Origin: Sphyrna mokarran
Lineage: Eukaryota
Assembly (NCBI GenBank): GCA_024679065.1
Contig: JAGIQG010000002.1
Span: 55,676,001 to 55,740,000, forward strand
Direction: 5' to 3'
DNA: 64,000 nucleotides
A model generated the notes under the pieces. It saw nothing but the letters and a program-made list of their open reading frames with translations, ran no database searches and was not told the origin of the DNA. Shown in pieces: positions 1 to 14,100 of this stretch; position 1 is the first letter of the stretch; each line of letters starts with the position of its first letter. A program made the position numbers and the translations under genes.

Positions 1-809
1 CCACATCAAGATCAGAGGGAGACCATGGCATACTGGTAATGTCTTTGGGCCAGTAACCTCGAAATCCATGGCTGATGCTTTGCTGATATGGTTTCAAACA
101 CCAACATGGTGGATCTTGAATTCAGTTAATTAATAATAAATCTGTAATTGAATACCAGCCCATATCCAAAGATGTGTGGGTTAGATGGATTGGCTGTACT
201 AAATTACACCTTAGTATCAGGGGGCTAGCTGGGTAAATACATGGGGTTACGGGGATAGGGCCTGTGTGAGATTGTTGTCAGTGCCAGCTCAATGGGCCAA
301 ATCACCGCCTTCTGCACTGTGGGGATTCTATGATTCTAGGTAGGGAGGAAAAAACTGCCAGTCTTGCCTGGCCTATGTATGACTCTTGACCCACAGCAAT
401 GTGGTTGACTCTTAATGGTCCTTTGAAATGGCCTAGCAAGTCACTCGATTCAAGTGAGTCATACAGCATAGAAACAGGCCCTTTGGCCCCACTTGTCCAT
501 GCTATTTTTTTTAAACCCATAAGCTAATTCCAATTACTCACATTTGGCCCAAATTGCCCCCCCTCCCCCCACCCCCAAATACCCATCTTATCCATGTAAC
601 TGTCTAAATGCTTTTTAAAGGACAGAATTGTATTCCGTCTCTACCACTACCTCTGGCAACTTGTTCCAGATACCACTTTCTGAGTGAAAACATTACCCCT
701 CTGGATACTTCTGTATCTCTCCTCTCTCACCTTAAACTTGTGCCCTCTAGTTTTAGACTCCCCTGCCTTTGGTGCAATTAGGGATGGGCAACAAATGCCA
801 GCCTTGACT

Positions 810-1119
810 AGCTCAGTGACTATCGCTGTGCTATGCAGATAGATGGATTTGGGCCTGTGTCTGTGGGAGTTTGCGCATTCTCCCTGTGCTTGCGTGGGTT
901 TTCTCTGGGAGCTCCGGTTTCCTCCCACATCCTAAAGATGTGCTCTTAGGCTAATTGGCAAAACAAATTCTCCCTAAATTGTTTCAAATTTGGTTGTTAA
1001 TCCATAGATCTATAAACATGGACAGGGATCGTGGGTAGTGGTGGGAACATCAGGGTGGCGGCGTGGGCTCGTTGGGCCGAAGGGCCTGTTTCCCGTGCTG
1101 TTTTGTTCTTTGTTCTTTG
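810..1119 (+). mobile_element. 5'-truncated copy of the CR1/V-SINE chimeric 3' end
   Basis: Near-identical to 42968-43277, including the tail. Confidence 0.9.
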
Positions 1120-1720
1120 ATGGTAACTACCACGTGCCTTGAAAGAATAAAGATGAAAATTAACGTGCCATTATTTTTTGTGGAAGATGATTGCATGTTC
1201 TGTTGTAATTGATGTGTTGCGATGGCAGTTGATTGACAGTTTGCCCAACGTTGTCATGAGCTGATTTGTATACCTACCACAGACAGCCATAGGATTATGG
1301 AAAACGCAGGCAGGATTATTTTAAAGCTACAAGAAGTAATTGGCTTGAAAAGATCATGTAAGGGAGAAAAATTTAAAAGGCAGATAACATCAGATGTGCA
1401 TGTACACACGTGTAATAGGTGTAAGCTTAGATTTCAACAGGAAGCCTGTTGCTAAGCCATGAGGTCTGTGATATAAAATAACATTAAGATATTCAGGAAG
1501 GTCTGTGATATTAAGTAATGCATTGAGATGTTCAATGATTCATTGAACGGTTGGGATTGGCAGGGTTGGACTTGTTCTGCTTTCAATGCTCAAGAAAGCA
1601 ATATGGCCAAACTCTGGAAATTCTATCACGCAACTGTCCTATAGTAATTCTAGTTTTAAGTCATTTAAAGTTAAGGACAGGTATCATCTTGCAATAACAT
1701 GGCATCTTTCAGATCCACAG

Positions 1721-2290
1721 GATTTGATTTGATTTACTATTATCATGCATTGAAGTACAGTGAAAAGTACTTTTTTTTTTGTGCACTATACAGACAAGGC
1801 CTGCCATTCATAGATACATAGGAGAGAAGGGAAGGAGAGGGTGCGGAATATAATGTTATGATCATAGCTAGAGTGTAGAGAAAGATGAGCTTAATACAAG
1901 ATAAGTCCATTCAGAAGACTGAAAGCAGCAGGGAAGAAGTTGTTCTTGAGTTGGTTGGTCGTGATCTCAGACTTTTATATCTTTTTCCAGTGGAAGAAGA
2001 TGGAAGTGAGAATGTCTGGTGCCTGGGATCCTTGATTATGCTGGGTGCTTTTTCAATGCAGTGGGACATGTAAACAGTGTCAATGAATGGGAGGCTGGTT
2101 TGCGGGATGGCTTGGGCTTCATTTACAACCCTTTTTGTAGTTCTTGCAGTCTTGGGCAGGCAGGAGCCATACCAAACTGTGATGTATCCAGAAAGGATGT
2201 TTTCTATGGTGCATCTGCAAAAGTTGGTGAGAGTTGGAATGGATATGCCGAATTTTCTTAGCCTCCTGAGAAAGTTAGTAGGCATTCTTA
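1721..2290 (-). mobile_element. Rex1/Babar LINE 3' fragment
   Basis: LRRLRKFG...LTNFCRCTIENILSGYITVWYGSC...GKRYKSLRSR; (AAATC)n tail. Confidence 0.85.
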
Positions 2291-2768
2291 ATTACAGAGT
2301 CAGCATAGAGGAACCAGGATAGGTTGTTGATGAGCTAAACACAGAGAAACTTGAAGCTTTTGACCATTTCCACTTCATCACCATCAGTGTGGACAGGGCA
2401 ATAAATGCAGGACAGCCAGCAGCAGCCACAACAAATGAATAAAAAATACTAGCTATCACAGCCCAATAAAACCTATTAACTAAGTGATTGCTCAAGTGTG
2501 ATGCATCTAGTGCCGGAAAAGTAACTCTCAAACAGGGAAGCGTGTAGGATCCTACAGCAGATTGCAAAACTGATGGGTTGAGCATTGAATGGCAGAACTG
2601 TTCAACCCCACCCTGCAGCGAACAGTGTCTTTGGCGAGCTGAGAGGTGGAGCCAGATACCTGAGATGGGAGAGAAAGCATTAAAAAAGAGTCTATGGCTT
2701 GAATTACAGTGTGGTGGGGGACAAGGCCAGGAATGGAACAGCTTAAAACATCAGGTAGTGGCTAGATC

Positions 2769-3084
2769 ATAGAATCCAAAGTGCAGAAGGAGGCCATTCG
2801 TCCACTGGGTCTGCACCAACCACAATCCCATCAGGCCTTTTCCCAATTACCCCATGCGTTTACGCTAGCTAGTCCTCCTGACACTAAGGGGCAATTTATC
2901 ATGGCAACTCACCTAACCCACGCATCTTTGGGGTGTGGGAGGAACCTGGAGTGCCCAGAGGAAACCCACGCAGACATGAGGAGAATCTGCAAACTCCACA
3001 CAGACAATGACCTAAGTCGGGAACCAAACCCAGGCCCCGGTGCTATAAGACAGCAGTGCTAACCACTGCGCCATCGTGCTGCCT
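2769..3084 (-). mobile_element. HE1-like V-SINE with CR1-type tail; other copies at ~160-340, 14950-15280, 16728-17095(-), 28055-28319(-), 52455-52600
   Basis: tRNA-like head ggcagcacgatggcgcagtggttagcactgctg; V-domain gtggagtttgca..ttctcc..gtctgcgtgggtttcctc. Confidence 0.85.
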
Positions 3085-3602
3085 CCTGTTTCTATGGCTA
3101 GAGTAAAAAAGGAAAATTGGACGCCTTGCCAGACTGAGTCTGAAAAACCTCGTGGAAAAGGAAAGAGTGAGTGGGGAAAAACTAGTATCTGGAGCATTGG
3201 CTGTGAAAATTTAGTATACATCATTTGTTCCTTTTCTGTTAAGCTTTCCCTAGAGTGTTTAGACAGCTTTGATTTTGGTGGAATAGAAAGCACGTTTCTT
3301 TAGCCTTTGTGCATTTACATTATGCTTGCATCTGAGTCAAGTTGTCTTTCCTCAACAAAAACCACAAAGGAAGATTAACATTATTTAATTTCCATTTCAC
3401 AAGACCTGGGAACATTCCAGATATCTCTCAGGCCGTGAAGCACTTTTGAACATTCTGGAAATATGAGGTGATGTAGAAATACACTTGAAAGGTTATAGGG
3501 TTATGGTCTTTCAGGGAAAGTTGACTGTTTCCTGGTGCATTCTCCATGGCCTTTACCAATCAGAATCCACTTGCCAACTAATCAGCACTCTCTTGCAGCA
3601 TA

Positions 3603-3960
3603 GGGGGAAGTGGTAGCTTTGTGGTATTATCGCTAGACTGTTAATCCAGGAACTCCCAAATGTCCTGGGGATCCAGACTTAAATCCCACTATGGCAGATG
3701 GTGGAATTTGAATTCAATAAAAAATATCTGGAATTAAGAATCCATTGATGACCATGAAACCATTGTTGATTGTTGTAAAAATCCATCTGGTTCATGAGAG
3801 TTCTTTTAGGGAAGGAAATCTGCTGTGTTTACGTAATCTGGCCTATGTGTGACTCCAGAGCCACAGCAATGTGGTTGCTTCTCAACAGCCTTCAAGAGCA
3901 ACTAGAGATGGGCAATAAATGCTGGCTATCCAGCCACACTCGTGCCATGAATGAATAAAA
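3603..3960 (+). mobile_element. tRNA-derived SINE of a second family; copies at ~20-160/345-445, 8613-8941, 14190-14580, 30140-30395, 43975-44332, 52137-52340
   Basis: Repeated body catctggttcactaatgtcctttagggaaggaaatc...cacagcaatgtggttgactct and tail gggatgggcaataaatgctgg. Confidence 0.8.
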
Positions 3961-6900
3961 CATATAAATTGTTGTTCCTTTTTGTTATTAGTATTCTTGC
4001 AAATTGTCCCGATGAGTGCAAGACATTTCATCAGCATATCCCTTTCAGCAATACTCAGATTCGACATCACCAGTCTCCTGACGTTGTTGTATTTTGTTTT
4101 AAAATGCTCCTGTGGAACACTTCGGGCCACTTCATTCCAAGAAGGTGCTTTATAAATATAATAAAAGCAGATCATCTATGGATGCTGGAGATCTGGATTA
4201 AAAACAAAACACTGGAAAAACTCAACATACATGGCAGCATCTTTGGAGAGAGAAACAGAATTAACATTTTGAGTTCAATACGACTCTGGATCAAAACGTA
4301 TATAAATACAAGTTGTGTCCCTTCTGCTTTAAATGAAATGGATTTTTATAAATTGCAAGTACAGTTATTGTTTTACATTACAGTGGCACTTTCGCCCTGT
4401 GCTTAATCTTGGACTATTCAGTATCCTGACTGAACAAAGATTGTCATCACATACCTCTCCAATTTTTCAAATTCATTTCTGAATGACAATGCAAGACCCA
4501 AAATTGCTACCACATGTTCTGCAGCATTGGCTTGTCAGTTCTGCAGCATAGTTTCAAAAAGCCGTGATTCCACAATGATTACAAATCCTGCCTACTGTAT
4601 TTACTGTAAAGTGTGTCTGAACCATTGAGATGACAGGGTCATGACCTTTGGTCTATCTTGGGAGCTTTACCATAAAAGAGAGACTACATTTTTTTTCAAC
4701 CAGCCTTCACTTATTCTATGGCACATGTATATTTAAATCTGGGATACCCCAGTTAAATGTACGATATACGATTTTTGTTCCATCATAGCATTCTCTATTA
4801 ACCTAAGGGCCTTAATTTTTTTTTGTCAAAGATTTTAATATGCCCAGTGATTCAGGAAATCTGGACTTCATCCAGTAGAACCAGCAATGGAACCTTGTCA
4901 ATATAGTTCTCCCCTATTCATCTGAATTTGTTATCATTAGTCACCAATATCCTGCCAAGCGATAGTTAGAAACTGTTGTGGAAGTTGTGTGAGGGTAGAA
5001 ATTTCTTCACTATATCATTATTGTAAGCCTCATTGTAGTAAAGTAGCAGGGAATAGAAGCAGTAAAGTCTGATGAAGAGCAAAAAAGTTGCAGAAGAAGT
5101 TTGCACTTGGGTCACAAGTGAGTAGAACCATGATAGGTGAAACTCAATAAAAATAAATGCAAGATCATGTGCATTGGAAAGAATAAGGGGGGGAACCTTG
5201 TTTGCAGATCCGCGCGTGGTGTGTGTTGGGAGCCCTATGTGAGGTTTCAAGTTTCGCATTATAGTAAACGTGTTTAGGCAATAGAGATCACAGCCCACAT
5301 TCAGTTGAATATCATCTCTGAGGAAATGCAAATATGAAGGAAAATTTGAAAGATTGGAGACACTTCTGTTGGAACAAAGGGAATTGTGGGATGATTTGAT
5401 AAAGGTGTTTAAAATTATAATGGGACAGCACAGGAGAGAGAGAAAAATAGACCATTCCCAGTTAATTAAGCATTTTGTGCAAGGAAACATCGACATCAGA
5501 CTAAATGTAAGAGATTTAGAATGTAAAATGGGAGAGTGCTTTTTTAATCTGGAATGCTGACAGGTTGTTCAACTAGCAGTGGAAGTAAAGACTGAAGTGG
5601 AAAGCATTTTCATATTTAATAACAAGTTAGGTTATTGAAGGAAAGAATAGAAAAGCATATGAAAGAGCAGGAACATGAGATTGAGTGTTGTCCCAATGGA
5701 AGGAAACATCAGCAGAGACTCAGCTTTCCATTCTCCTATTGTAATTTCCAAGTAGCATTGGGAATAAATTAATTCTTGCTTGCATCTTAAATGTGAATAT
5801 GTATTTGAATGTAATTTTGAATTTAAATAACACAGTTGCATTCCTCCTAATGTCTGGCAATATTTCCAGCAACACTTAATTCCTGAATAGCTTAGTTTGC
5901 ATTTTCCTTCCTTGAGATAATAGGCATATGATTAGACCTGTGAAAAGTTAATTGCAGATCCATAAATAAAGCTGTTTTATGGAGCTATTTTAAAACTGTT
6001 AATAGTATGTTAGTCCATTTTTTTTTTTTGTTTAAATCGTGGCTTCAGTCACTTGCAATGTAAATGAGCACCTTACTGACAGCCACAACAAGCTGTAAAA
6101 AATTGAAACCACAATTTGCATTTAATATCTACCTTGTGCATTTAAATTTATAGAGTTTTTTCCCTTCTCTCATTTCTCTCTGCCTCTGACAGAACCACTG
6201 GTGCAGTCAGTAATCTAAACTTTTTTTGGGTGTCATTGTTTATTAATGCTAATGTAGCACAATAGACAAAGTGCAGAAGGTACGATTAATTTTCATTTCC
6301 TGTTGAATCCCACAAACCGACCTTTATTTTTTCCTCATTGTACATAATGGAGAGGTTTTGTTAGCTTCATTGATTCTGTTTTTAATTGAAGTATTTTGAG
6401 TTCTCTGTATATTTCTGTAATTGGAAGCAGATATCATTTTGTGATGGTGCCAAGTATTTGCTGAAACTCCTTCATAACTTATCGTTACATTGCACTGACT
6501 ATAATACAATGATGTTGTTTAAAGGGGCATTGTCATCCTGTAAAAGAGATTTGTAAACCTTCCTGCTTTGTGGAAGAAGATCAGTGTGTAATATTTTGTG
6601 AAGATATCCCAGTCAAATGGTGCAATTATCTATTTCCAGTACAACTTATAACATTGTGTGTTGCTTTCAAATGATAAAAGCACAACTCTTTTGAAACATT
6701 TTCCAAAAGACAATACAAATTACTGTATTTTGTTTCTAAACTTGGCTGAGTATTCCTTTAAGGGAATACAAGAGTGACAAGTTTCCACAATGGTCCTATC
6801 CTTGTGTGTCTGCAGATTATTTGTGTGCACCATGGAAAATCTGACTGTCTTTTTAGCTGATAATGGAGAAGAATTCTGTTTGTGTCCGTGGTGTGCCGAA

Positions 6901-7115
6901 TTATTACATGATCATTTTTCTAATTGTAAAAGAAAATGTAGATTTGTGCACAAAATATTCTAAGATCGTGGTGAAGCTTTGTCCTGGAGTAAAACCATTC
7001 AGGTTTAGCAAAGGAGCACCCTTTGGACCCATTTAGAGTTTGAGATTTATTACAGCTGCTCATTACTAACATATCTGAAGTGTGTAACATTTAATTTTCA
7101 CATTCTCTTTCACAG

Positions 7116-7260
7116 TGCTGCTGGTGGTGAGATTTTCAACCAATGTGTAGCAGAGCGGGAAGAAGCCTTCAAAGAAAAAGATGTTAAACGGCTCATGAGG
7201 CAGATATTAGAGGGTGTGGCTTTCTTGCACAGAAACAACATTGTCCACCTTGATTTAAAA
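7116..7260 (+). CDS. STK17A: STK17A/DRAK1 kinase internal coding exon (catalytic-loop exon); earlier exons lie outside the window
   Basis: ttcacag| acceptor and |gtaagt donor; 145 nt encoding (Y)[48 protein letters not shown], with the DAPK/DRAK HLDLK motif. Confidence 0.96.
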
Positions 7261-9434
7261 GTAAGTGCCACTTGTTCTTGTGTTAAAATTGAATAAAACT
7301 CCTTCAATTTTAACACTTCTTATGGAGAGATATTACCTGGCAGCTGAACATGATGCTATATATTCATATTAAAAGTCAATGATCAGTTTTTTGAATGAGC
7401 ACTTTTTCTCCTTTTGTGAGATTTTGGTAGCAATTCTGAAGTTTTTAAAAAAAATTCATGGTTTGCTATTTCACTCTATCTGTTGACATAAGCTTGAGCG
7501 CTTTCATTAATGCCACATGATTGTTTTCATAACCATCCATTATCGCAGTGGGGTGCCTACCATATGACTGACATCAACGAATGATTATTGACTTTTTTGT
7601 GGGATCATGAATTGCAATCCTTGCTGTTAAGCATCTGTTGCGACTTACATTAAATGTTTGTTATATAATGTTATTTAGTTAATGGGATGTAAATGTGGTA
7701 AATGGGTTTTTATGAATGAGAGTATATTTGCAATAGATGCTTTATTTTACAAAATTTTATTTCATCCCATCTCTGCATGGGTCTCAAGGTCTGCATGAAG
7801 TGAGTACTAGGTGAATTGTCATGGTAGGTGTAAAAGGGCATGGATTGGCACGCGTTAGCATCAAGTTGACAGGAAAGGTAAAGGGCCATTGGAACTGGTC
7901 AGAGGGGCAAAGGTTGGCATGGAAGATGTTGAAGGCCATGGGGATAAAAGTTGATATGGGGGAGCATGAGAGCCATGGAGACTGTTTGGAGAGGTGCACC
8001 TTGCATCAGTTGGCATGAATAGAACATGGAGAGGGAGAATTGTTGAGAAAATTGTGTAGCTAAATGGAATGTCATGTTGTTGACATGAATCTTCCAGAGA
8101 CATTAGATAACTTGCTATCTAAGAAGCTTGTTAGGAAAATTGAAGCATAAAGTGTTAAGGGAATCTGGGTAATTAGGGGAATGGCAGAAAACTGGGAGGA
8201 GCAGGTAAATAATTCAGGTTGGAAAAGTGTGAGCATTGTTTGCCCCAACGATTTGTATTAGGCTTTTTTTGTTTTCAGTTTATAAATGTTTTGGACATTA
8301 TAAGAGCAATCATTTTGAAATTTAGTGATACCAAACATTGAGCATAGCAAATAGGGAAAGATAGCAGATGAACACACATTAATAGATTAGGTAGATGGTG
8401 ACAAATATCAAAACTGCAAAGCAGTAAATTTTGGGGTAAAGAACGGTGCAAAAAAATATACTGTAAATATCCATTTCGGATGGGTGGAGGAACAATACCT
8501 TTAAGCGGCATGCGGTAGAAACAACTATAAAAAGACACTGGGCATTCCATGTATTATATATTTAAACTGCAACCAAGTGATGTTGAATCAATGGCAAATG
8601 TAGGTGAATTCTAGGGGAGGCAGTGGCATAGTGATATTGTCACTGGACTAGGAATACAGAGACCCAGGTAATGCTCACTGCAGATAGTGAAATGTGAATT
8701 CATTAAAAACCCAGAATTAAAAATCGAAATGACCATAAAGCCATTGTTGATTATCATAAAAACCCATCTGGTTCACTAAATGGCCTTTAGGGAAGGAGAT
8801 CCACCATCTCTTATCTGATCTGATCTGCACGTGACTCCAGACCCACAGCAATGGGATTGATCCTTAAATGCCCCCCAAATGTAATTAGGATGGGCAATAA
8901 ATATTGACCAGCCAGTGATGCCCACATCCAATCAATAAAAACAAAATCTCCTCTACTGTGAACTCGGGATTACTGGACTCACAACAGAGGTAAAACAAAG
9001 ATTCAGTTGCATTATTCTGGGATTGATAGCCTCACAAAATTAGGATTTTCGTTGGTGGAATGCAAAAGATTAAGGGGATGCTGATTGTTTATCCTCACAA
9101 AAGATTTAATTTTGGAAAACTATGTATTGGTTTTGACAGAGGGAAGCAGGCATGTTTACAGAGATGGATGAAAGCAGTCTTGGCACTGGATATGATCTAG
9201 TGTTGGATGATCAGCTTGGGGTCTCATAGAATGCTGAGGTTGCAGATAGCACATGGGAATGGAATCATTGTTAAGGATATGGAGCTTTTTTGCAGAGGAT
9301 GAAAACAATGATTATGATCTTCCCAATGTTTAGCTGGAGGTCTTAGCGGATGATCCATGATTGGATAACAAACAAACAGTCTGGCAACACAAAGAGAGGG
9401 GAGGCTGAGCTGAATGTAGTTAGTGTACATGTAT

Positions 9435-9885
9435 AGGAGAATAGTCCCAGGGATGAGGAACTTTAGTTACATAGATAAACTGGAGAAAGTAGCGCTGTTT
9501 CCCTTGGAGAAGAGGAAGTTGAGAAGTGATTTGGTAGAGCTATTCAAATTCATGAGGGGTCTGGACAGAATAGATGGGGAGAAATTGTTCTTACTAGTGG
9601 GAACATTGAGAGCAAGAGGGCACAGAACTAATGTAACAAAAGAAGCAATGGAGACCTTTTCATGCAGCAAGTGGATAAGTCATGAAATATATTGCCAGTG
9701 TGTGTGGTGGAGGCAGATCCAATTGAGAGATTCAAAAAGAAGTTGGATTATTATCTGAAGAGGAGAGTGGGTTTGGTTATGGAGAGAAGGAAATGTAGTG
9801 GCACTAGATAAATTGCTCCTGCAGGGATGGGTTGCAGACATGATAGGCTGAATGGCTTCCTTCTATGGTGTAGCAATTCTGTGAG
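9435..9885 (+). mobile_element. Old CR1 3' fragment; further decayed CR1 pieces at ~455-770(-), 5120-5700(+), 7650-8600(+), 22530-22925(-), 26510-27330(-), 30830-31400(-), 34575-34910(+), 36725-37225(-), 49240-49520(-)
   Basis: LFPLEKRKLRSDLVELFKFMRGLDRID..LF..RARGH and similar CR1 C-terminal motifs or tails. Confidence 0.75.
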
Positions 9886-10819
9886 GTTGACCTTTGGATC
9901 ATTGCTTTTGGATAATGTTGTCAAGGGGAAAATGTGGATGAGGCGGAGAGAAACCAGGACCAAATTCATAAAGGAGACAGAGAATTTTAAGGCAATTCTT
10001 AGTTAATTCTGGAGAAGTGAGTAATGTTAGCAAAGGAGATTAACCATTCATTGTGGTCCAGCCATGTCTGGTGGCTGATGGTTAACCAGTTCTGTGCCGT
10101 ATGTATTCAGTCTGAACAGGCTGGATCTTTGTTGTGAGAAGCCAACCCTTTTTTTAAAATCTGATTGCACTTTTAATATTTAAATATCAGTCATTTGCAC
10201 TATCTGGTTTCTATCTGAGGAGAAATCCAACACTAACTAGTGCCGCATCATTGGAATGCAATGCAGTTTTCCTTGTGGGCAAGCTGATGAGGAAATGCTG
10301 CTTAGAAAAGCTTGTCTGGTTGGATTTACACGAGATGACAATTTGGAGGAGCCTGCAGACAACTAAACATTCAGGAAAAACAGTTCATTAACAATGGGCT
10401 AGTCTTTTTCATTAATTAAAGCTAAGAGCCCTTCACATTTTTCTCAAAGCCACATAATCCAAAGTACGTAATTGCCTCTTGAATCAACCACAACTAACGT
10501 GACTGGAGAACTGCAAAAAACAGATCTCAAATGCTCATTTAACCTTCAGCTTTCTGTAGAACTATCTGCCACACCACCCAGATTTTGATCCGCTAATTTC
10601 TCCATGTTGGATAATTCAGACTTCCAAACATTTGTACAGAAACAGATATTCCTGTTCTCAAAAGGAATGAAGTCTTAGCTGCCCTTTTAGGCAACAAGAA
10701 GGCAGTTCGTAAGCAATAACTTAATTCACTGCACTTCTGCCAAAAATGTGCCAGATCTATTGCGGAGCCTTTTCTTTGTAAGGAAGAAAGATTAAACTTG
10801 TGCAAGACCAACAATGTAA

Positions 10820-11242
10820 GTTATGGCTCAGTGGTAGCATTCTCGCCTCTGAGTTAGAAGGTTGTGGCTTCAAGCGCCATTCCTGAGGCATGAGCACAAA
10901 TTCCAGGTGGATACTTCAGTGAAGTACTGGGAGGATGCTGCATTGTTAGATGTACCAGCTTTTAGTTACAACTTTAAGTCAAGGATTGCGTGTGGCTCTC
11001 AGTTGCCTTCCTGACAGATCCCGTGGCAATGTCTGAAGAAGAGGAGTTCCTCCCCCACTTCTGCTGGAGTCCTACCCAATGTTTATCCTTAACCCATATC
11101 ACCAAAATAGTCCTGTGATTAATCCCATTTGTTGTTTGTGAGAGCATGCTGTGCACAATTTGGCTGTTGTATTTCCTATGGGGTCAAAAAGTGACTGTTG
11201 GTGAGGTTGTGAAAGGCACTAAAATAAATGCAAGTCATTTCT
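10820..11242 (+). mobile_element. Deu-domain SINE (SacSINE1/AmnSINE1-like); a second copy at ~36000-36360 (-)
   Basis: tRNA head tggctcagtggtagc..ctcgcctctgagt.agaaggttgtgg.ttcaa; central gatcccgtggc..gaagaagag; tail gtgaaaggcacta..ataaatgcaagtc. Confidence 0.7.
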
Positions 11243-13804
11243 TAGGCCACAGTTAAGGTATTTTCAGAGACCGTTGGTGGAATTTCCCTGTTCTGCTCGC
11301 CACGGGAATCATTGCAGTGAGACAGGGCTCCGTTGACCTCAGGCAAGATTTCTGGTCTTGGGACGAGCATGACTGGAAGATCCTGCCCTGTGTCTATCCT
11401 ATTATAGAAATGAATTATGATGGAAAAGATACAGCATAGATTCAGTAAGAGGGGTTGTAGTTATAAAGAGCAATTTGAAGTTTACGTGTTTGCTCGAACT
11501 GAAGATAAAAAGGAACCAAAGATCTTCAGGACTACTGGGAGTTATGATTAAGCAGTGGTAGATGGTTTTCACTGGTCAAACACAAAAGTACTGAATCTCA
11601 TCACCATTCACGCCATCCCACTGCAGTGAACGGAGATTTGGCTGGCTGCCAAATTCTCCAATCCCGCTGCAGCGGGAGCGTGGCATGAATGGCAGGTGAG
11701 ATCATGCCCTTACAATGAGAAATCATTTTACCCAAAGTGGCCAGAATGTGAAATTCTCTGCCATAGACAGTTACAGAAAGAGCATCTCTAACCGGTTTGA
11801 AAATGGAATGTGATGCTTGCTTTAAAAGGAACATCATAGGGTTTGGACATCGAGCTGGAGGTAAATGAGATGGTTCATGTAGAGAATTACATTGGTGGAC
11901 ATGTTAGACTGACTGGGATATTTCTATTCCATAATAATCTGCAATTCCGTAATTCTTGATGTTAGAATTCCTAGTGCTGACCATAAGAGCTAACCTAATG
12001 CACTCTGAAGAGTCATGTGGACTCAAAAATTTAACTCTGTTTCTCTGCCCACAGATGCTGCCAGACCAGCTGAGTTTATCCAGCACTTTTTATCTCCGAT
12101 TCCCAACACCTTAAGTATTTTACTTTTATATTTATTAAATGATTTGTATCACTTACCCCAATCCATCTTGCAATTGGCCACTTCTCACATTCCATTAGTT
12201 TTTTTGAATTCTGCTTAAATATCTGTGCACTGAGGGCAACCTCTGCCAAATTCATAAAAATCTGGTCAGGAAATGTCATTAACAAGCTTTTAGCCCTAAA
12301 ATTAGTAATTCTACAAGCCTTTTGTTGACACTTCAGTCGAAGATGATGTCCTTGCAATATTGTTGCTAGATTAGCACTACAAAACACACAGACTTGGGAG
12401 TTATGATATCTCTGCATAACTATGGAAAGGCCGATATGTCACAATCCATGATTGGCTGGATTTAGCAGTCAACAGCAAAGCAACAGCATTTCCCACAGAT
12501 CTCAAAGAAAGCAGCTGACAAAGACCTTGTGATCTCTCCTGTATAGACTTTCTCTTTTTTCTGAAGAGTTCAAATCTGAAACCATATCAAGGGGATCTTC
12601 AGGCATGTGGCAGCAGGAAACAGAGTAAGCAGCAACCAGGAAGTTACAAGTACTGAATCCTTTTACTTAGTTTAACATTTTGGTTAGCGGAGTGACATAC
12701 AATTAAATTAACAGAGCGCTAAAACAACAATAGACCTTTTTACAAGAAATGTAGGGATATTTTTATTATAATGAAAAATTCTGCAAATATAAGATTAAGC
12801 TTCTCAAATGCAACGAGGATGGTTTGCACTAGTTTGCTTGCATTTAAAAGCTCATTATCCCCACCTCTCTCAACAAAGTGCAATTTTTCAAAGGTTTTTG
12901 CAGCAAGACTTAACAGCATAAAGAGAGGAAGTTCTTGCCAATTATGGATTTTCGACAGATTGCGACCTGAGGAGATCTTCAGTGCACACTCTGGAGAAAT
13001 AGAATCGCTGACAGCAACTTCTGCATTTACTCGTGTTTGCAAGCTTCCAAAGTTGTATCGAGTTTCAGTGGCATAATGTTGACGGTTTCACTGTCATTAT
13101 CACTGCAAAATCGAAGACATCATCTTGTAGCACATAGATAATGTTCATAAGGAATTAATAGAGATATCAATCAACTTGACCTTGGTTGATACAATGATCA
13201 GGGTAGATCCACAGATTACCATTTGAATAACATGCAGAGGTGCTCTGACAAATGCATATACGCTTGCAAGTTCATAGTATGCAGAGCTGTGGACCTGTTT
13301 GGAATGCAGAGGTCAGGACAATTATAGTAAAAAGAGTTTTCAAATGAGAATTTCTGTGATTAATTTTCCTTTCATCTGTTTCATTCATTATTGTTTTATT
13401 TCTCTTCTTTATGTAACCTTTTACCCAGGCTCTGAATAGTTGGTCTGATTTTGGTTTGATTTATTTCAATGGAATGAAAATTCAGGCATATTCTTTGACC
13501 AGCCAGCTCTTTAATGTGGTCAGATTGTGGGTAGAGTAGTATAGTGGTGCTGGTACAGCTGTAGTCATAGACACCCTACAATACAGAAAGAGGCCATTCA
13601 GCCCATTGAGTCCACACCAATCACGATCCTACCCAGGTCCTACTCCCAAATCCCTACATATTTTACCCACTAATCCCTCTAACCTAGCATCTCAGGACAC
13701 TAAGGGGCAATTCAGCATGGCTAATCAACCTAACCCATACATCTTTGGACTGTGGAAGGAAACCAGAGCATCCGGAGGAAACCCACACAGGCACAAGGAG
13801 AATA

Positions 13805-14100
13805 AAACATAGAACACTATAGCACAAACAGGTCCTTCGGCCCACAAGTTGCGCCGATCGCATCTATATCTACCAAGCCATAGACCTATCTATAACCCCC
13901 AATCCCATTAGATCCCGTATACTCATCCAGAAGTCTTTTAAAAGACTCCAGCGAGTTCGCCTCTACCACCACCGACGGCAGCCGATTCCATTCACTCACC
14001 ACCCTCTGAGTGAAAAACTTACCCCTAACATCTCTTCTGTACTTGCTTCCCTGCACCTTAAATCTGTGTCCTCTGTGTTCAGCCCGGGGAAATAGCATTT
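13805..14100 (-). mobile_element. CR1 3' end inserted in a V-SINE (~13567-14214, -)
   Basis: RGHRFKV...FFTQRVVSEWNRLP; agaat duplicated at both junctions; V-domain resumes after the insert. Confidence 0.85.

Noticed and set aside
1411-1699. TG...CA-bounded segments resembling solo LTRs (also 35761-35978 and from ~29642)
   Set aside because: No matching TSD and no second copy in the window
3990-4060. ttgtcCCGATGAGTGCAAGAC, possibly a third hammerhead-bearing repeat
   Set aside because: Core is mutated and the GAAA half is missing; cannot be supported from this copy
3882-5560. Long ORFs of 97-176 aa
   Set aside because: They span SINE, PLE and antisense CR1 debris, with no splice or homology support
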